DNA of 64,000 bases from assembly GCF_002571385.2 (NCBI RefSeq), contig NW_019217964.1, forward strand, positions 189,829-253,828, in the 5' to 3' direction. Each line of letters begins with the position of its first letter. Position 1 is the stretch's first letter. Origin of the DNA: Stylophora pistillata. Lineage: Eukaryota. This document shows, one piece after another, positions 25,701-38,471 of this stretch. Made by a program: the position numbers and the translations under genes. A model generated the notes under the pieces. That model was not told where the DNA came from. It was given only the letters and a program-made list of their open reading frames with translations, and did no database searches.

Positions 25701-28700
25701 AGTGCTACCAGATGCTAGTATAAAGCAGGGTTCCCACTTAGCATTTGTAGTGTTTTCCTGAGAGTTTTCATGTACCCATCTATACTCTTAAAGTTGAGAG
25801 AGGTACTATGAAAGTAAATTATAAGTAGTGGAACAGATATAAGAACATGTTTATGATGGTCAGAGAGTGGAACTTGCATCCAGAATATAAGGGGCTGGAA
25901 TTGATCAACACACACAATTGTCAAGTACAATTATAATCAAAGGCTCACATTTTGTACCCACACTTTGATCTGCCCAGGGAGATGATGCCATGGAGTTTGC
26001 TGTTAATGTCAGGATACTTGGTGATGAAAAACGGTTTGGATTCTCAGTTATGGGTGGAATAGATGAGGGGTTTCAACCAAGAATTGATGAAATCTCTAAA
26101 GGTAAACTGATGTTATAATGGGGTATAACAATTGTGCTTGTCATTTCAATTTTTTTTTTATTGTCCTTGGTATAAGTTTTTAACTTGCTGATTAGTGAAG
26201 AATGAACTGCTCTGTGTTATCATGAACTTTGCTAGACCTAATGCCATTAATGTTTGTAATAGATTCTCCTGCTGCAAAAACTGGTCTTCTTGTTGATGAT
26301 GAAATCCTGGAGGTGAATGGAGAGCCTGTTACCAACCTTACCCACTCAGAAGTTATCTTAAGTATTCACAAAGTACGTCCCAAATTTATACAAAATTTTA
26401 AAATAATTTATTTTGATACTTCAATAGATTTGATATAGAATTTGTGATAAAATGTCAATAGGTAAAAATGTTATCAGCTAAGTACACTTTTTGGATAAAG
26501 CCTCTTTTGTCAGTTTTCTGTTTTCTTTTGGAAATTAGGTATTTATAAAGTTTGTTTCATTCATCATTCAATTGGATCTTTTTTTAATATTATATTTAGT
26601 GCCTTAGAAATAGAGTAATTGCACTGAAAGTAAGGAGAGGACAAAGATCTTTACAAGGTCAGTAAATGAATGTTTTGAGGAGGGTCATATGATACTGTTG
26701 TTAACTGATTTGTAGGAAAAACTTATGGATTTAGCGTATTTTCGGAAAGAAATGTTTTACTTGAGTGTCTATGACACATAACTTGTTACTGATTAGCATT
26801 TTGACTGTAGGCGTCCATCAGCAAGCTCCCTTAGCTAACAAATAGGGATACTAGCATTACAGATGAAAGCCAACCAATTGAAAACAATAGTAATGCATAA
26901 AAGTATATTTTTAAATACTTTTGACCTCACCGACTCTCCTAGATTGATATAATATACCCATTGCACATTGCTGAATTTTCTCATTGTCATAATCGTCAGA
27001 GTGAGGGAAACCAGGTCAAAGATCTTAATCTAGATGGACTTAGAAAGTAATGACTTTTTTGTAGGGCTAAACAATGGTACAGATGTTTATGATGGAATAA
27101 ATGGGGATTACAATGGGCAAGTGGATACAAACACAAGGGACAAACTTCAACAAATCATGAGAGAACATGAGAGTGATCCACGATTCCAGTATTACAACTC
27201 TGATGCTGAATCAGAAGGATCACACAACAGTCAGGAATTTTATGGAAATGGAGACATTGGTGTTGTGTCACCAACTGGCCCTGGCTGGAATAAAGACATT
27301 GGCAACAAAAATTTTGGAATATCAGGAAAAAACTTAGCTCAATCAAACTTACAAAAACACAAGTCCCTCTCAACGCCACTCTTCGATTTGACGAAGCTAG
27401 ATGCAATAGAGGCTGATGTTGATGTGGATGATGATGATAATACTTGGGCTCTGCAGAATGAAGCTTATGATAGCGACAATGAAAAAGATCACCCAGGTAG
27501 GACCTTATCCTCTATAAAATAATCAACTTAAAGTGCATGCTCTGATTGGGCAATTCAGTGTCTTCTATTTGCTCACAGGAGTACATTGCTGTGTGGAATT
27601 TCAGGAAACATCATTCCATTTATCTTTGATTGTCTTGACCAGTAAAGTCCCCCTGCTGGTTGGGCAGTGACTATTTTTTGTGCCAATATTTTGTCTGGTT
27701 ATGTGAGACTACACAAACGTTTTTGATTCAAGAAAAGGGAACTCTTCTGCTACATTGTATCAATGTTATGTTATAAAATAAATGGTAAACATCACAACAT
27801 ACACTATTGAGTTATGGATGCTCAGGGGGTTTGTTAAGCGAAGAAGTTAGTGTAAGAGTTACTCTTGGCTATCACCTCCACTGGCTCTTTTTTTTTGCTT
27901 GGCAACCTGAAAGCAGTGTCACTTGTATGTTATGATGTTTAAGAGCAATTGGACCAAGTTGGTTTCACTAAGATCTGTAGGAAAGTCAGTGTAGCCCCCT
28001 CTAGCTGACATGTTTTTGTTTCTCATTGTCCTTTTTTGAATAATGTTTTGATATGGTGCAGAGAAGTAGCACTAACATGTATTTGTTTATAAATGTTTCC
28101 AATAAGCATTTAGTGATCAGTGAAGAAAGCCACCTTGCTTTTCTACTGTGTTGTAATCCTTAGTTCTTAGATAATGAACAATCAATGGTTATGTAAAAAT
28201 ATTTTTGCCAATTTAATTTGCAAAATAATTCTCTTTACTAACATGGATTTGATAAATCCATGTTAGTAAAAGGATTTGATAAATCCATGTTATTAGCAAA
28301 ATCTGTTTTGTACTTTAGAATAACTGTTGTTGTTTTGTTTTTCAGGAGAAGCAGAGAAAGAACTGTTGTTCCCAGGCATCGGTGAACTTAAATCAAAGCT
28401 ACAAAGTGGTAACAACAGAGAAGAAATTTCATTTGTGGAAAACCTCTTTGAGCAGAAGGATTTTCAAGATGCTACAAAAGTGAGTAAGGTTTTGATAAAT
28501 ATAGTTTAAAATGTGAACAAGAAGAGTAATTAATGAGGGATTTAACAAATTTCTGTTGCTTAATTCTGAAATTTTTTTCCTCCTGGTTTTAGGTTTACAC
28601 TAAAATGATTGAACTCGAAAGATCGGGACGAGGACCGAGCGCAGTCAAACCTGTTGCTACAAATTCACAACATCTCTCTTCCCAGGTGATTTAATCGTTA

Positions 28701-31700
28701 CTTCCCAATACTTCCTTACAGTTATTTATTTTAAAGCTATCTATGAGAGTTTGAAGGTCAATCAAAACATTACTTTGGGGTTAGTATTACTCTTTACGAC
28801 CTGTTCACCTGTGTGTAAACTTTTGTCAAAGAAGGTCTTCGTGTTTTTGTATTGTTTCGTTGTTTGTTTGTTTGTTTCCTTTAGGGATCCAAATATTTAT
28901 ATAAGTTCGTAAGGTAAAAACAAAACAATATTTTTGAAGGTACGCATTCTGTTGAATATTTTAGTTGAAACATTCCCTCGAGGCAGCAAGGCACTCAAGA
29001 GAGGCAGAAGAATTGGTGCAAATCTTAGAAATGGCAAACTTTCAGGTAAGTTGATTTTTTTTTTTAGTGAACAATTAAGTTTTGAGGTATTTTCATCCGC
29101 TGACTTTGAATCCTAGCCCATGATCAAATTTTGAACTTTCCATTTGTCGCATTGATTGAAAATGAAATACAATCCATGTTCTTTTGAGGAAAATTCAACG
29201 TTTTCCTGGACCTTCCATACTTCACATTGTATGATTTATGTCACTTTGTGCCGTGCAAAGTAAATTCTGCGATTAATTGCATTTCAATGTAGTGTCGTAA
29301 AACCAAGTCTAGATTTTCCTCAACGACCAACAACCCTCATGAAAAACAACCAAACTACGACTGAATCCCGATTGGTTTTACTTTTTTTGCTTCTAATCGG
29401 ACGAGAGAATGGTACAAGTTTCTATACCATTCGTAGAGCTTAGAAAACAAAAGCAATGTGTCTCCGGATTACTTTTGACACTCATCTAAAAATTGCGCCA
29501 TTTCAGGGTCTTTTGATGGCGCATGATAGACTCGCTTTCAGAGAAGCTTTGCCAAGCGATGAAGACGAACAGGAAGTGGATGCACCCGAATCCCAAGACA
29601 GGCAAGAACCACAACAACCTACGGATGAATTCCCTCTTGTGGAAGACGACAATGTGAAGATTGTAAGAATAGACAAAGCAACTGAACCACTCGGAGCTAC
29701 TGTCAAGAATGAAAAGGGCACTGTCATGATTGGAAGGATTGTGAAAGGAGGTGCAGCTGACAAGTGTGGTAAGAATCCTGTTTGATATATTATACTCTCT
29801 CTCTCCCTTTATACTAAAAGCCTGTGGCCTTGTTGACTCTAACAGTATGCAAAACATTTGTTACTTTATCTTTAATCTTTATCTTTAATAAGTATACTCC
29901 TAAGACAGCAAAAACAACTATACCAGGAGTTACATACATGTGAAACTAGTAAATTGCCTAGCTTTCCAAGGAGTCCCTCGTCGCTAAGAGGAAGGGCAGC
30001 TAAGAGCTGCGGTACGTCTTCTCTTTTCTTTTTCTTTTTTAACCGGCTGTTTAATTCTTAGGTCTTCTTCAAGAGGGCGATGAAGTCCTTGAAATAAATG
30101 GAGTAAACATGAGAGGGAAAACCGTAACAGAGGTTTGTGAACTGCTGGCGGACATGAACGGGACGTTAACATTTGTTTTAAATCCGGCCAATCGATCCCG
30201 CGTTCCGCGTGACAGAGAAGTTCACGTGCGCGCGAACTTCGACTACCATCCTTACGAAGACGAGTTGATACCATGCAAGGAACTGGGACTAGCTTTTAGA
30301 AGAGGAGACATTCTGCATGTTGTTAATCAAGAGGATCCTAACTGGTGGCAGGTCAGTGGTGAACGATGTCCCATTCTGTCGCTCACAGCCCAAAATCATG
30401 AACCACTCTGATACCGAGTTTGTAAATAACACATTCGTTTTTGTGTTTTTCGGTTGTAGGCTTGGAGACCTGGCGAGGAAGGCCGACAATTAGCTGGACT
30501 CATTCCATCCAAGCATTTTCAACAACAGTAAGTTAAATAGAGAGCTCGTAGCAGCTTCCTTTTACAGCTACAATATCCTAAGTGGTAGGACCATCTGAAA
30601 AAATATTGTATCGGTCAATCATTTTTTTTTTCTTTCTTTCCCTTTTCTCAACAGGAAAGAATCGATGAAGAAATCAACCCGAGAAGCAGAGCCGTCCAAC
30701 AAAGAAAGTAAGGATTTTCAATTTTGTATTTTAGAGCTGTCCCTAACGCAGTAGTGGTCGGTCACTTTCGCTAACGACAGCCATGGTCGGATCGCCCTTA
30801 GACCACGCTTCATGATAATTTGTTACTCCCAAGGTCAAACCATGTACTGAATAACGATCAGATTGTTGTTTTTTTTTCTGTCTTCAGAGAGTGGATGCCT
30901 CTGTTTCAAGCGAAAGCGAAGGAAAAAGGTCCCTTACAACGCGAAACACAACGAAGGTTGGTATAAAAAATTCGCCAACCAATTCTATGTTGCCGTCGTT
31001 ATTCACTATGACGCCTTTACGTTTGATGTCCTTCTGCACCAATCTAATTATGAAACAGTTTTCCCGTAATGTAGCCGTTTATATTCCATTGCATTTTATT
31101 AGTTTTAACATTAAGTTTTTTTCTAATCCTATTTTTTCTCAGAATATGTGGCGGATGAGGTGTTAACATACGAAGAAGTGGCACATTTACCCCCAGATCC
31201 TCACAGAAAACGGCCTGTGGTTCTTATAGGTAGGCCAGGTCGCTGTGTTTTGTTATTCTCCCAATGCCTCTCTCCACGATGAACTTTCAGGGATAGCTGA
31301 GAAATGCTGTGTGGAGAGGAGAATGGGGGGGGGGGGGGTTGGACGGACTAGCATCCCATCCAGGAACGTAGACCTACACGTGGTTGCTTCATGTTATAGA
31401 AATCAGGGATAAGCCCTCACTTAGTAGGAACAATCACACTCCTCCTTTACAATTAATCCTTGCAGACGCGTGGTTTTGGTCTATTTCTGAGAAATCTTCC
31501 ATTGCGTTTTTGGTCCGAGATCAATATCCTTAATTTTTCTGTTTGGTTGAAGGTTAAAAATTGAGCGTCTGTAAATTTTTTTTTTTGTTCCGTTTGTTCT
31601 TGTATAGGACCTGATAAAGTTGGCCGGAAAGAGTTAAGACAAAAGCTGATTCTATTTTCGCAAGAACGTTTTGCAGGAGTGGTTCCCCGTAAGTATTTCT

Positions 31701-31879
31701 GTGTGCGCGTTTCATCAAACTCACCACTCAATCAAAGAAACATTCGTTAGGTGCAACAAAAACTAAAACGGCCGGATAATGGATCCATTGCCTGCCTGCT
31801 TTCTTTTCTGTCTGTCTCTCTGACTGACAGACTGTCTCTCTTTGAATGACTGTCTCTCTGGGTCTCTCTGTGTCTGAGG

Positions 31880-31911
<32 letters not shown>

Positions 31912-33822
31912 GGGTCTGTCTGTGTACGTGTAGGGGTTCCCGCTTTTTTCTCTTTCAGTCTGTTTTGTCCCCTTTGTCGGTGTATCCATCTATCTCCGTA
32001 GCTCTTCTTTGTGTCTGTTTTTTTTTTTTTTTTAATCGTTTATCCGTCAGACTGTCTATCTGTTGGCTCCTGTTTCTACTTGCAGTGTGTCTCTCGTTGA
32101 CCCTCTCTCATTTCTCTCATTTCTCTCCTTCTTTCCTTTATCGGTTTCATTTACTACAAATTAATACGTCAATAAGAGTACTGCAATTAAAAAAAGTTCT
32201 TTGCTGCGTATTAAATAACTCGTTTTACACATAATACTTCCCTCTTTAGACACCAGCCGCCCCAAAAGACCGGAAGAAATGAACGAAAGGGATTATTACT
32301 TTGTGCTGCTTCCCACGTTTGAGGCGGACATTGTGGCCCATAAGTTCGTTGAATACGGAGAATTCGAGGGTCACTATTACGGCACCGCTTTAGACTCCAT
32401 CAGAAGAGTGGCCAACGCCGGCAAATACTGTATTTTAAATCTCCATTGTGAGGTATGTCCTAAGTAGTTCTACAGTTCCATTACTGGCTCTATGTCGTGC
32501 GAAGAATTTGGGGTTCATTCTAGTACAGCCCACATTACTATGTACCCTTACCTGCAGTCTTTAAAAGTCGCTTTGCTATGCAGTTCCAAAATCAACGCTC
32601 TTAACAAAGTGATTTTATCATATGACCCGAGCGGTCTATGCGCGCTTTTGATGGAAATCAATATCAATATCCCCGCATGAAGGCTGTAAGCCCAGCTTGT
32701 GGTCCTGAAATTCAGGATGGAAAAAATATGAGAAGAAAAGAGGAAGGAGTTAGAGCGCCGATCATATGAAAAATGCTTATTGACTGACTAAGGCCGGACC
32801 GGGCCGGACGGGAACATATTTGGCTCTCGGTTATGACGGATCTCTAAATGTCAAAATGGCACAAAGTAGAAACATAATTTTTATTGACCTCTTACATGCG
32901 TTTACATTGCAGGCACTTAAGATGCTCAAAGCTTCTGATGTGAAACCATACGTGGTTTTCATCTCACCTCCATCCTATGATAGAATTTTGACCCTTCGGA
33001 GAGGAAGAGTGGATCCATTTAACCCGAAACCAAATTCACCAATGACTGTGAGTACCAGTTGTTGTCATTATCGTTAGAGCCTTCCTACCAGTTATCAGGA
33101 TAATGCGGAAATCAAACTGACAAAAAAATATATTACGTTTTTTTAAGAAGAAAATAAAGTTTCTTTACAATAGTGGATCAGTGATAGTCACTGATCATTC
33201 ACCCTTTTGGGTGAATGACAGCCGAGGCAACTTGTAGAGAAAAAATCATGGGCATCAGTATCTGAACAACAGCGCACCTACCCCTCTCCCCCAAAGTCAA
33301 GGTTAACCGTTACTTGTTATCAGTCAGCTGTTGTTTGGTAAGAGAAGGGTAGGTGCTCAGATACTGACTTTGATCCGAAATAGTTATAGCAATTGTTTAA
33401 AAATACGAAACACATAGAAGAGGCCATCGACGAGTTTGACAATATAAAGAACAATTTGAGCTTGTTCAAGGAAGTTTTCAGTACTGGCTAAAACAAGGAC
33501 ATACAGCTAGTCGGTGTTAACTGTTGTGAGAAATTACAAGAGCAACGGAAACCTCATTTCACAGCTTACAAATTGAACTGATTCAGCAAACGTTCTCGCA
33601 TGGTATTTGTTTTGTTTTCATTCTAAGGACGCGGAATTACATGAAATGGTGACGAAAGCGAGAGAAATGGAAGAAATGTACGGTCATTACTTCGATAAAA
33701 CAATCGTGAATACGGATTTAGAAAGAACATTTGACGAACTCAAACAAGCCATCGATAAACTTGATGTGGAACCACAGTGGGTCCCCGCCTTTTGGGTGAA
33801 TGACAACCGAGGCAACTTGTAG
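22764..33822 (+). CDS. PALS1: MAGUK p55-subfamily protein PALS1/MPP5/Stardust-like (PDZ-L27-L27-PDZ-SH3-HOOK-GK), ~897 aa
   Basis: 19 phase-compatible GT-AG exons: 22764-22838, 24523-24666, 25978-26101, 26263-26372, 26600-26657, 27065-27496, 28346-28479, 28593-28685, 28965-29045, 29507-29768, 30062-30351, 30460-30527, 30655-30707, 30888-30956, 31143-31229, 31608-31688, 32250-32452, 32913-33047, 33628-33822 (2694 nt). [34 protein letters not shown]3 [34 protein letters not shown]-terminal EPQWVP. First two exons are less certain. Confidence 0.87.
24781..25020. repeat. 24-bp minisatellite (TACATACATACATTTTATTGTGTT) x ~10
   Basis: Directly visible; contains one N, so copy number is uncertain. 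Confidence 0.95.
25245..25335 (+). mobile_element. 3' end of a CR1/L2-type retroposon with (TATG)n tail
   Basis: CCCG..TAGC.TAGCTA..CGGG stem-loop followed by AAACACAATGAAATG(TATG)5. Confidence 0.5.
25372..25582. mobile_element. MITE of the TTAA-CCC...GGG-TTAA type
   Basis: Internal TATAGAGAACAGTATGGAGAATAT is the reverse complement of ATATTCTCCATACTGTTCTCTATA in the copy at 35959-36135; ends AACCCT / AGGGTT. Confidence 0.55.
29280..29495. mobile_element. MITE (TTTCAAT..GTGTCG family)
   Basis: Ends TTTCAATGTAGTGTCGTAAAA and TTTTGACACTCATCTAAAA; related to 9945-10204. Confidence 0.45.
31340..31420 (+). mobile_element. Fragment of a V-SINE-like element
   Basis: GGACTAGCATCCCATCCAGG..GCTTCATGTTATAGAAATCAGGGATAAGC resembles the conserved 3' region of a common cnidarian SINE (recalled, not searched). 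Confidence 0.45.
31800..31925. repeat. (TCTG)n / (CT)n microsatellite region
   Basis: Directly visible. Confidence 0.9.
33175..33376. mobile_element. GGATC-terminated palindromic MITE interrupted by a templated insertion
   Basis: GGATCAGTG / TCAGTATCTGA..GCACCTACCC on the left pairs with GGGTAGGTGC.TCAGATACTGACTTTGATCC on the right. Confidence 0.65.
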
Positions 33823-35958
33823 AGAAAAAATCATGGGCATCAATTAGCGATAGACGGTGTTACGCGGGACCACACCTTGTGTTTTGCGAATGAAAAGGAA
33901 CAAAGAAAGATGCATCCCCGTTTTCTCTCGCGGAAAGAAGGTATTTTTCTGAAAAGGGTGCCCAAAGGAGGAAACCAAAAGATATATCGAACAATGTCAA
34001 ACAAAAGGAAATGCATTTGCCCAGGAATCTCATTTTTAGTAATGCAAGTTATTCAAAATTGACTCAATATATTTTTAAAGAGAATATAACTAATCTTTTC
34101 ATTTATGGATTCTGTATTGAGCCTGAAATGGATCCGTGTTAAGAAAGCAAGAGCAAATGCTTCAGTTTATGTAACAGAGAGTAGAGAGTTTGAGATATTT
34201 GATCGTTAACTTACAGTATGTGATATTTAGAGAGGGAGGGATTGAAGGACCGTTCCCTCCTTTTTCTTTGTTTTGTTCCCCGTAAGGTAATTTCTTAACG
34301 CTTTCAAAATACGGATTGGATACATGTACTAGCTAACGAAAAATTTACTACACTGTTGAACCGTGCTGAGAAGATCAGTCAAGTTTGAAATGTTTTTAAA
34401 GTATACATATCGGTAAAGACGGAGTATGTAGCAGGTCATTTCAGCGGCCCTTACTAGAGGTGCTTCATTATTTTTAAATGTTAGTGCTGCTTTCAAGTGA
34501 CTTCACACAAGTCCAATTAACAAGCAAGTTTCATTCGATTTTAGAAAAAATTGCAAATTTTGTGAAATCCTTTTAACGAATGAGCAAAATATTGACAATG
34601 AAAATCTGTCAGAATTATCAAGAGAAGTCTGTCATTGGTGAGATTTAATTCAAGCTGCTTGAGATTCAAGGCGTACTTTTAAACGTTACATTCTGTAAAA
34701 ATACTTGCTTTCATACAATGCAAATTTTGATATGAAGAAAACTGATCAGTTAGTGATATAGAACTATTATAGACAACATCAATATTTCCTTCACGTTTTA
34801 GCGATAAGTAACGTAGGAGTGAGGTAATGAGTGTTTGGAGCAGTTTGTTCATAATATGCGAGAGTTATTTTTTACCGAAGGTATTCCAAGGGACCATTAT
34901 GTATTCCATTTATAGGTTTGCGAGAGGTTAACAATTGTGTTTTGCTGAAAACGAAAGCTTAGCATTTAATCGACATTTTTTTTTTCTTTGTTAATCACTT
35001 TTAAGTATATGGATATATTACCACGGAGTTGTCAATCATATGTTACCGTGCTTATTTCTTGACTTATCAGTATCGGGTATTGTATTTCTCATTCCACTTC
35101 TCTAGGGTATGGACTAGTCACGACATAAAATAAAATGACTGATAGGCGTCAAAAAGTTGAAAAAGAAGAAAGCACAGAAAGAAATGAAATAAACCATCGT
35201 CAAACTCGTAATTTTCTGCGGAACAATGGACAAACGCAGAAGAACACGATATTACTGCTCAGCACGTGAGAATCCTTTTGGTTGTGTTTTGCTTCTTTTT
35301 CTTCGCCCTAATTGGTCAGAATAAAACCCACCCGTTTCTTCTTAGAGAAAAGGTTTTCTTTTTTTTTTTCAAAATCCGTTTGCAACCTTTTCTATCTCAT
35401 TTGTCATTCGTTAATCATGGTATGTAAATAGAGAATTTAGGTTCCATGTAGTTTTTGTAACCTATTACAGATGTTTGTGGAGTCTATCTTTTTTAAAAAA
35501 CCAAGTTTTGTGCGTTTACGTGACTTCACTTCATAGAAGACCCTAGCAAAGGGGAACGAATGAACTTAGGAACTGCGTACAATTAAAAATACAGTTTACA
35601 GAACACAACAACAACCCTAACAAAAGATTTAAACAAAAACAGTCTTGTGTAAATTTTTAAATAGCTGTAATAAATTCGAAGCAAATATTTTTATATACTT
35701 CATGGGCCGCAAAGTATTTAATTCTTTTAATGAAATTGTATGTTAATTAGTTTTAGATTTTGTAATTGCATACAATTCAAAATGATAGGTAAGGAAGCAA
35801 ATTATGAGAAGATGTTGCAGATTTCTGCAGCTCAACTGTACAATTTACTGAATTGCTAATTCTCTAAGCAATGTATTTCATGGGAATAAAGGAAACTAAT
35901 ACAGGGTAATTTTAGCCTACGCAGGATCGTTTTCGTTTATTTTAATATTTTAGAAGCA

Positions 35959-36135
35959 TTGATCCTCCACACCCTTACATTAGCACGAATATTCTCCATA
36001 CTGTTCTCTATATAGTTCCTATGGCATTGACAAGAAGAATGTAGCTAAAAAAATGAAGACCTTAATGTTTTAATTCAGCAGGGACTCCTTAGTGAGAAAT
36101 AAGATACAAGTCACTCTCAGGGTTTGATGGGTTAA
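35959..36135. mobile_element. MITE of the TTAA-CCC...GGG-TTAA type
   Basis: Shares a 24-bp core in opposite orientation with 25372-25582; ends GGGTTAA. Confidence 0.55.
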
Positions 36136-36922
36136 GCCAGCGGCGAGCTACACAAACGGTTTTGCTTCAACCTGTTTATTCATTCGAACTGCTTATTAAC
36201 TACCTGTACCCAACACCAGGTTCATTTGTGCCAGGAGATACTAGGAGGGGCAGGAAACCTTCAGCTCTCCATCAGGTTTGATAAAAAAAAAAAACCCAAC
36301 GTTATCCATTTGCGCTCCACGCTTATTCGGAGCGCGGGTCCCCTTTCCCGAAGAATGAGTAATACAAAAGTCTGTTAGTGCTGGCTAAACCAGCCAGTAA
36401 ATCTCTTTAGAAAATGTTTAGTTTGGTTCTCTTACGAGCAGTTTCGGTTCTACTGAGCTTTTATCTTTGCTGGCGAATTCGAGTAACGCAAAGTCCTTTT
36501 TTTTCCTTGAAGGAGTTATTTTGAAATATGTTGAGTTTTGAAAGTCATTAAAAATTGTTAGAAAATTAGTTAATGATCAAAATAGCAGCTTGGTTATGTC
36601 GACAAACACCGTAGTGGTGAAAATATACCAAAGATTGTCAAGGATCGCAGTTATCTACAGTTAAATTCAACATTACAAACATTTTTTTCAACTTTTGGCA
36701 TGAGCACTGCGGATAAACCTTTACTTTGCTTCCTGATCGGTATAAAAAAAAAAGCTGGAACCGATGGAAAAACAGAGCCAGCTGTATTCATGCACCCTTG
36801 AATCCAAAACCAGCGGAAGCGTGAAGTAAGAGTGAACAAGTGGCCGATAGATCCGGCACACTTCAAAGTGCCAAATGCAAATGAAGTATTCATCCTCGTT
36901 TCCAGGCCCTGCCTATTTCCAG

Positions 36923-36953
36923 TGACGTCATGGCCAAAGCCACGCTATTAAAT
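36923..36953 (+). promoter_or_regulatory. Palindromic CRE plus TATA-like box
   Basis: TGACGTCA at 36923-36930 and TATTAAAT at 36946-36953, upstream of the ORF at 37219. Confidence 0.4.
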
Positions 36954-37218
36954 CGAATATGGCCAACTGCGGAAGGACTTCAAGTGAATAATGATCAGAA
37001 CTACGAAATACGATCGAATAATGTTTAAGGAGGAATGGACGTCATTTCCAGGCGAGCTCTTTAATCTAACGAAGCCTGATGTCTGAACAAGTATGTCCGC
37101 TACATGCACACCACTCAAGTTGTCTAGTTACAACTGTGAAAAGGCGAAGATCTTCCTCGTGTTATTGTTGGTAAATTCCATTCTCTTTTTCGGAATCTTT
37201 GTCGCCGCTTCAAGAAGA

Positions 37219-37485
37219 ATGCAGGATCAAGTCAGAACTTCACCACTACCACCAAATCACATCAATCCAACGACCCCACTGGGTCCCACGCTAGAGAATA
37301 CGACAGAAAATGTTCGATTACAACCAGTAAACCTGCACAACCTTCCCAAGGAAATCCAAGACGCGCTAATGAAAGTACATCTATATATGGAGTTGAAAGT
37401 GAATGAGAATAGCGCTTCAATATGTCAATTTGCGTGGAAACTTGACAAGGCAGACAACTCTGTGAATCTATTTATTTGTGGTTAA
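37219..37485 (+). CDS. Putative intronless 88-aa protein of unknown function
   Basis: AGAATGC start context; MQDQVRTSPLPPNHINPTTP..LPKEIQDALMKVHLYMELKVNENSASICQFAWKLDKADNSVNLFICG*. Pro/Thr-rich N-terminus then a helix/strand-like pattern; frame is open from 37093. No family recognised. Confidence 0.4.
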   Translation: MQDQVRTSPLPPNHINPTTPLGPTLENTTENVRLQPVNLHNLPKEIQDALMKVHLYMELKVNENSASICQFAWKLDKADNSVNLFICG

Positions 37486-38471
37486 TTGGCTATTCTAATA
37501 TTCATATGGTGGCGTGACTTGACGAACCTCACAGAATTTCAGTTACGGAATCTCAGTTCCCTCTTGTATTTGCTAAAGTACACAATTCTTCCAATTATGT
37601 GTGTTTACAGTCAATTGAACTTGATTTCAATAAATTTCGCTCGAATATTCGTGGAGAACAAATCTAATTTAGCGACAAGAGGACAAAGCCGACAAGATTT
37701 CCATGTCACCCCAATTCATTATGCATACAATTATCATAAAAGTAAACAATGGCGCAAACTTTAAGTTGCTGCGGAATGCTCAGGTTTTTTTCAGAATAGT
37801 ATGGTGTCATACGGGAATCTCTCCGCAAAGTCCGCACTCCTAGATGTGTCTGTAGTGAGATACTGCATTCTTGTAATTACATAATTGACTATCACTGGGC
37901 TGACTTATGTTACAGAAATTAATTCCTTCCATTTCCGCCACAGCATCGTATCATAGGATGATCTTACTGATTTAACAAATCTTATTACCAGGTTTTTTCA
38001 GAAAAAAGTGGAATTTTGAATTCTACAACATTTGATAGTAATCAACATTGTAATCCCTTTTCAGTGAATAAATACCAAGTAACGGATGACTTTCTATTTG
38101 GAAGAAAATTGGGAAGTTTTTTAGACTTTTTTGGTGCTTGATTTAACCTGCACACACTCAATATTGACGACTGTAATAAATCGGAATTATAAAAATTAGA
38201 AGTAACGGTTATCACTGATTAATCATTGCTAGTCACAATAAAGTGTTTTTAAGATAAGATAGATTTGTAGTCATTATGTTTTACTAGAGTAAATATAGGG
38301 TGCTTTTGATGAAATTTAATGGCCGCATCAGAATCAAGCTGATAGTTGCATTTACTTCTCGGCAGAAGATAGAAAATTAAGAGTAAGATTGAAGATAATG
38401 ACTGAGAGATTTTGAAGTTTACGGACTTGAACATAGCAAGGAGCATTTCAGACTTATTTGGAGCCAAAGCC

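Noticed and set aside
27000-27064. ATG at 27034 or acceptor at 27000 as the start of the large MAGUK exon
   Set aside because: Joined to the preceding phase-1 exon these give in-frame stops; the TTTTTTGTAG acceptor at 27064 keeps the frame.
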